Shown: piece by piece, positions 45,701 through 51,339 of the stretch
Numbering within the stretch: position 1 is the stretch's first letter
How the letters are laid out: every line of letters begins with the position of its first letter
Source of the DNA: Saprolegnia diclina VS20
Lineage: Eukaryota
Assembly (NCBI RefSeq): GCF_000281045.1
Contig: NW_008246069.1
Span: 1,105,627 to 1,156,965 of the forward strand
DNA: 51,339 bases
Direction of reading: 5' to 3'
Translations under genes and position numbers: made by a program
The notes under the pieces: model-generated
Told to the model about the DNA's origin: nothing
Seen by the model: the letters and a program-made list of their open reading frames with translations, nothing else
Databases searched by the model: none

Positions 45701-48700
45701 CCGCCTCGATGGCTCCTACGACGTCCGTTTTCTTGCTGGCAACGAAGAGACGTTCATTGGGCCGGAGCGGATCCGCCGACGGAAAGGCGGGCCGCTCGTG
45801 CAAGACGTAGGCGACGATCCTGGACCAGTGCCCGTCGAGCTGGAGAGGCCGCCCCCCGAGACCGTCGTTTCGCCGCGAGCTCTCAAAGCATCGGCGGTAA
45901 CCCCCCTCGTACCGCTGCTGCGTCCGCCAACACCCCGCGTTGAGAAGAGCACGGATCAAGACGCACCCTTGTCGCCCACAACACACACAGACGATGGTGC
46001 GCTTCCGACGCCACCCGAGCCATCGCATCTGTCGGTGGTGGCATCTCCATCGCCCGAGCCGTCACCGACCAAGCAAGACGATGCCCGAAGCGAATCACCA
46101 AGAAAGGCGGTAGCGACCTTCGAGCGCCACCAACGGGTCCAGGTGCGCGTGAACGGGTCCGTGCAAGTAGAGACGGGCGTCGTCCTGCGTTGCCGCCTCA
46201 ACGGCACATACGACATTGAGTTTGACACGGGGGAGAAGGAAATCGGTGTACCCCCCGATCAGATCGAACCGATGACGTGGCCGCCCCAAGAGTACATTCC
46301 GCTGTGGCATCTCGGCGACATCATTGAGGCGCGGTGTCGCGGACGGACGCGGTATATCCCCGGTGTCATTGCGCAAGTGCATGTCGAGCCAACGTCGGCG
46401 CGCTACGACGTTCACTTTGAGAACGGTGTTGTTCAAGAACACTTGGACGAAGACAGCATCCATTTACTGCGGCGGTGTCCGGATGTCACGGCTGTGTTTG
46501 CGGCCAACGCTCGGGTAGCTATGGACGGCCAAGATGGCGTCATTGCGCGTTGCTTGACCAACGGGTGCTACGACGTTTTGCTCGACGTTGGCACCGAAGT
46601 CACGATGGTTCCGTTCCAATACCTGACGCCATCGACGGCGCCGTTGCCAACACCAAGTGCCCTTGAGGCAGCGCAAGAAGCACACCCGGTGCTTCCATCC
46701 GACGATGCATCGGCAGACGCGCCATTTTTGATTTCTGAGACTGCAGCGACGGTAGTGGTCGACCCCTCGCCCAAAACCGCGGATGCGGCACCGGATGGCG
46801 ATGTGTCAGATGCATCACGGGTCGAGGGTCGCGAAGCCGTCGAGCCTGAGGTTACTGTCGCTGACGTCAACATGCCAGAAAAAGTACCCATTTTGAGCGA
46901 CACTGTCGACCCAAGCAGCTTGTTTGCCTCTGAATCGAACGACGAGGTCGCCGACTACTCGTCGACGAGCGTTGCTGGGGACGATGAGCCAATCTTGGTA
47001 CCAGAAGTCGTGACTGCCATGTCCGGGCCCGCCGTGACCGACAGCGCTGAAGCGGAGCCAAACGAAGCTCCATGCACTCTGGATATGGCGCACGAGCTCA
47101 GCGCCTCTTTAACCTCGAGCGTCTTGAGTGCTGCAGTGCTTGGAGTGGGCAGCCCTGGTGCCCATGATGACGTGGCCGATGAGATTTCCGAAACGGCTCG
47201 CGATGCGGACGGCGCAGCCGCCAGCACCGTGACCTCGTCGGCAACTGCAGTCGTTGCAAATGCAATTGGCACGGCCGTGAGCGATATTACCGCAGAAGCA
47301 CTACGCAGCAGTCTTGTGGAGACAACGGCAGCCCCGTGCGATGTCTCAGACAAATCGACGCGCCTTTTTGACGACGTTATCGCGGACGCAAAGGACGTGG
47401 TATATCTGCATGACGACGCAACGTCTGTTTCCAACGATCACAACGCGGATGAGAAGCCAACCTTACTCGAGGCCGACGCCAAGGACTCTACCGATGTTTG
47501 GACATCAAACCAGATGGACGACGTTGGCGAAGCTGTCCGCATTTCGGCAACCGCCGTTGCCGTCGGTGCCATTGCGATTGGCGCGGCCGTTCATGCGTGT
47601 GCCGTCGAGCGACCACACGATGATGTCGCCGTCGCACGGGGCCAAGCCACGGCCCACTGGGCGTCAGACACCTACGACGTTGCGTCCGATTCCAACGAAG
47701 CGGTTACGTCCTCGAAGAGCATTGATGCGCCTGAGACCAAGGATGCGGACTTGGATCCAGTGCACGTGAACGCGAACGCGATCGAGGGCAGTGTCGACGC
47801 TTCCGGCGATGGTCCACTCTCAGAACTCGACATGGACGTCTGCTGCCCGAGTGCGACGGAGGAGGCACCGGTGTTGGCACTCAGCGATGACCCGTTTGCT
47901 CTGGCAATGGCTATCAATGCTGTCGCCGAAACGACCTGCAACGACGTCTTACAAACGGCCACGACACACGTACTCGACTCGTGGACGCCGGCACCGCAAG
48001 ACGCTGTTGCTGCCGACGTGAACACCGACGACTATGATTTTTACGCCGCCGGCGACGAGTGTGCGCCGCCCGAACACGCGACCAGCGACGAGTCGGCGCC
48101 GCAAGAGCTCGTTGCCGCCGTCGCTAGCACAGAGGACTTTGACTTTTATGCAACCAGCGACGAGTGTGCACCTCCCGAAATGGAAGAAACCGCGTCGGCG
48201 TTTGAAGACGAGGCGGCGTCGACCGAAATGCAAAAGAACGATGTGGACTTGGACCATGCCACACCGACGTCAGCGCGGGATGGCGCGAGCGATCACGTGG
48301 TGTCGCTCGAGCACGAAGCACCTGAAGGCAACGCCACCGACATCGCGCTCGCATTGGAGGAAGAAGCGCTGCGTGCGGCCACCGTGCATGATCTGAGCGT
48401 TGTGGTGACGACCGGTATGGTCGCTTTGGCCGTCGCTACGGCAACTTGCGCATCGACTTCAAGCACGGCATCAACGGTAGCATTGCGGACTGTAGCGACA
48501 GACGACCAGCCAAGCGCCGACGAAACCCTGTTGGCCTCGGGCAACGTGCCAGACGACGCCGTCGCTCGCCAGCAAGAAGCGGCCGCCATCGTTCCCCACG
48601 AGCTTTGCGCGGCAGTCGCGTCGGACGCTGTCGCTACCGCTTTGCGCACGATGGCGTCTTCAACGCCGCTAGAGACGACGGAGTCGTGTTTTGTGGTCGA

Positions 48701-51339
48701 GACGGAAAGAACCGCCCGCATTGACCACCGGAGCGACGGTACACCCGAGACGCTTCACGCAACGGCGGCCGCAGCTGTGAACGACGCCATTCACGGCGCT
48801 GTGGATATTCTTACAGCCCAGATGCATCCCAACGATGACCCGCCCACTGGCGCCAGCAAGGACAAACCCGAGTCGACGAACGAGGATGGTCACAAGTCGA
48901 TGCTACCAGCCGACAACCCCAAATCTACGAAAACCAGTCCCCGGGAGACTTTGACTTTAATCGCCAGGACCGACTCTGCGCAAGTGCTGCAAGGAGACCA
49001 CGAGACGGCGAGCAGCAGCCAAAGCGCGGCCGCTCTTGAGCCTACGACGGTCGTCAATGTCCCAGACAACACACTTCGGACTCTGGCAACAGCAGTTGTC
49101 TCGGAAGCGATCCAAGCGGCCTCAGAGTCGAAAGACCTCGTCCGTCTTCTCGACGACGCCGCTTACATCAACGATATCAAGCCAACCGATGCCAGCGACT
49201 CGCCTCGGACTATTGATGACGCAGTCTTTGAAGCCAAACCCACTGCCACGTCTTCGCGCGACGACTTGTTTGACAAAGTTCAACCGTACGAAGCTGACGA
49301 ATCCAAGTCGAGCTCGCTCGATGCTCTGCACGCGTTGGCAGCTACAGTTACCGTCACAGCAATCGAAGCTGCTACCAAAGCAACATTGTGGGACGACGCG
49401 AAAGCAAACGTCGAAACGGCGCCTCTAACCTTTGACCAAGCTACTGCGGCTGGCGACGAGTCGCTGGACCATGGTGCGAAGGACGCAGTCGAGACTGCTA
49501 ATGCCAAGGACGTCGACGACGCTGACACCAAAGGTGCACCGGACGACGACAAGTCGACGTGTGGCGCCAGCACATCTCGTGAAATTTTGCACAAGTCGGC
49601 GACGGACATGGTGGCAGATACAATCTCTGTCGCCATGAACTGGCGTACGGACGAGCTTCAGCGCGCCGAGCTCAAAATGCAGTCGCACGACCAGCTGGAG
49701 CACGAAGCAAAGATCTCTGACGACGCAAAGTCGCCGCGTGTCGACCACCAAGGTGGTACGACCATGTCCACCGAGGCGAAGGAGGCTGAGGCCACAAGCA
49801 ACACATCGGAAGTTGCCATTGAAGACAGCGACTCTGTGGGAGAAAACGACTCGGTGCACGAGACGACCCCGTCAATTGTCATGGCTCGAGCAATCAACTC
49901 GGTCGCTGAGACGACGTGCAGCCATGCGTTTCAGTCGGCCACAACACATGTTGCCGAGAGGCAAACCCTGGTACACGAAGAAGCCTTCAACCTCGAGTTA
50001 CGACCTCAAAATGTGGCGAGCTGCCGACACGACGCGCCTCACGCTGCAGCCAGCGTCCTTGCAGTGCAGCTAGCATCATCTGGTTCCGAACCCGACGAGA
50101 CCACGTGCGAAGTCATTACAGTGGTTGCAAGCACGGTCGTGGCGAATGCAGTCGACGAAGGGCTCCAGCGGTCGCGTCCAACGACAGCAAGCGGCGCGCA
50201 CAAAACGATACGGGATCTTGACGACTCGACAGAGGCATGGAGCCTCCCAGACTCTGTCGTCCCTGCAGCTGACGTGCCCCCGATTCTGGACATTGCACCT
50301 CTTCCACTGCACAAGCTCGAATGTGCGCGCAGTGCGTCGACTATCGCCGTCGACTCGCTGCTTCAAGAAGGAATCGCTCGCGCTAGCGCAGTCTTTGCAG
50401 CAAGTTCCGAGCTGCCTCCAAGTAGCAGTGATGCACCGATCAAACACGCGCATATCGAGCCAAGTACGATTCCCGCAGCACCGTCCGACGAGAGCAGCAG
50501 CGTGGCGATCAAAGCCGCCGATGCCTCGAAAGCGTTTGTACCAGAAAAGGCTCTGGACGATCTGCTGCTTGGTTTGCCCAAGGCCGACGCGAAAGCAGCC
50601 AGCGACAATAAGGACAAGCGCACGAGCTACTTGAGCCAAGAGCGCTTCGACAACCAATCAGAGAGCGGGCAGCTCGACGTCCCACCCGTCCGCGTCATGC
50701 TGAGCCACACTGTGGACAGCTTTGTACACGATGGCGTTGAGCGCGCAATGCAGACGATGGTCAATTCCAGCGATGAGAGTCCAACGAAGAACAATCTCGA
50801 CGCGAGTAAAGAAGCGCCGCGGCGGGTCCAGGAGCCTGAGGATCGACCCTCAGTGGACGATGCGACGTTGCGCATGGACCACGCATCCGAGTCTCCAAGA
50901 GAGAACCAAGACGAACCTACCGAGTCTTCAGCACCACCCAGCTCTTTCTCTACCTCGGTGTCCACTGTCGACAGCTTTGCCGACCTTGTCGGCTCGACGG
51001 TAGACTCCATTCTTGCCCAAGCCGTGACACGCCATGCGTCTTCAAACCTCATACCACCGTTGGCACTACCCGTATCCCAGCAACACGCCAACGCCGCCTC
51101 GTACAACCCACATAGCAGCTTTATCGACACCGTCAGTGCAATCACCAACCCCGATCTCGACTCTTCGACATTTGATATACAGTCGACATGCGCCACAGAC
51201 TCCGAGACCGCTCGCTTTGAGTTCGACGTACCCGATTTCGACATTCCCGCGGCCAGCATGGAGTCGGAAGAGCCCATCCCGGTGGTCGAGCAAGTCGAAG
51301 ACAACGAATATGCGCTCGCTGACTTTGATGCGGCGGCCG
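42746..51339 (+). CDS. Giant protein: Tudor/Agenet-like domain, ARM-like repeats, seven further Tudor-like domains and a long acidic tail; partial, continues beyond the window
   Basis: N-terminal FSVGQLVDV...WKRGKI...YDIAYENGQIECDIDADRLR; ARM-like exons (VFVQNGAVAAIAGALTSFPDDPIVQ...). The last exon runs from 44066 to the window end in one frame, with repeats such as FPVGTKVRVRFNGGARYYPGVI...YDIDYNDGEQE and FSLGQTVEARYKGRSKYYRGTV...YDILYDDGEQE (about 45055-46630), then more than 1500 aa of Ala/Asp/Glu/Thr-rich sequence. Confidence 0.85.

Noticed and set aside
1..51339. Autonomous mobile elements or a prokaryotic/viral insert
   Set aside because: No transposase, reverse transcriptase, integrase, Rep-helicase or capsid motifs were seen, and intron-containing eukaryotic genes occur throughout.

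Overview
Gene-dense eukaryotic genomic DNA, GC-rich in coding regions, with very short GT-AG introns (about 30-65 nt, often GTGCGT/GTACGT donors) and one 380-N assembly gap. The gene families (C-x4-C...CxxHGG zinc finger, oomycete-type bZIP C-terminal domain, stramenopile-type TIR) and intron style point to an oomycete, probably Saprolegniales; this is an inference. About 20 protein-coding loci are recognisable. In order: a partial coiled-coil/multi-IQ protein, a zinc-finger protein, a PAP2 lipid phosphatase, a hypothetical protein, a WDR81-like pseudokinase-BEACH-WD40 protein, a BAR/NPF adaptor, PDCD2, a stand-alone DUSP-domain protein, dyskerin (CBF5/DKC1), an NDUFA4/B12D-like protein, a TMEM8/CREST-like membrane protein, a multicopper oxidase, a HAD-like protein, a Tctex-1 light chain, SEC14-GOLD, a bZIP-family protein lacking a basic region, GPD1, a SAM-TIR-ARM protein, threonine aldolase, and a partial giant Tudor/ARM protein. 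The top candidate is 36953-40356 (-). A frame-preserving splice path joins an N-myristoylation-motif SAM ORF to a TIR domain that retains its catalytic Glu and then to ARM repeats, i.e. SARM1's three domain types in a different order. Also notable are a tandem array of hairpin units with palindromic spacers (15241-15562) and many AKAP-like amphipathic helices in the giant Tudor protein. No rRNA, tRNA, CRISPR-Cas or transposase was found. All gene models were spliced by eye, without database searches.
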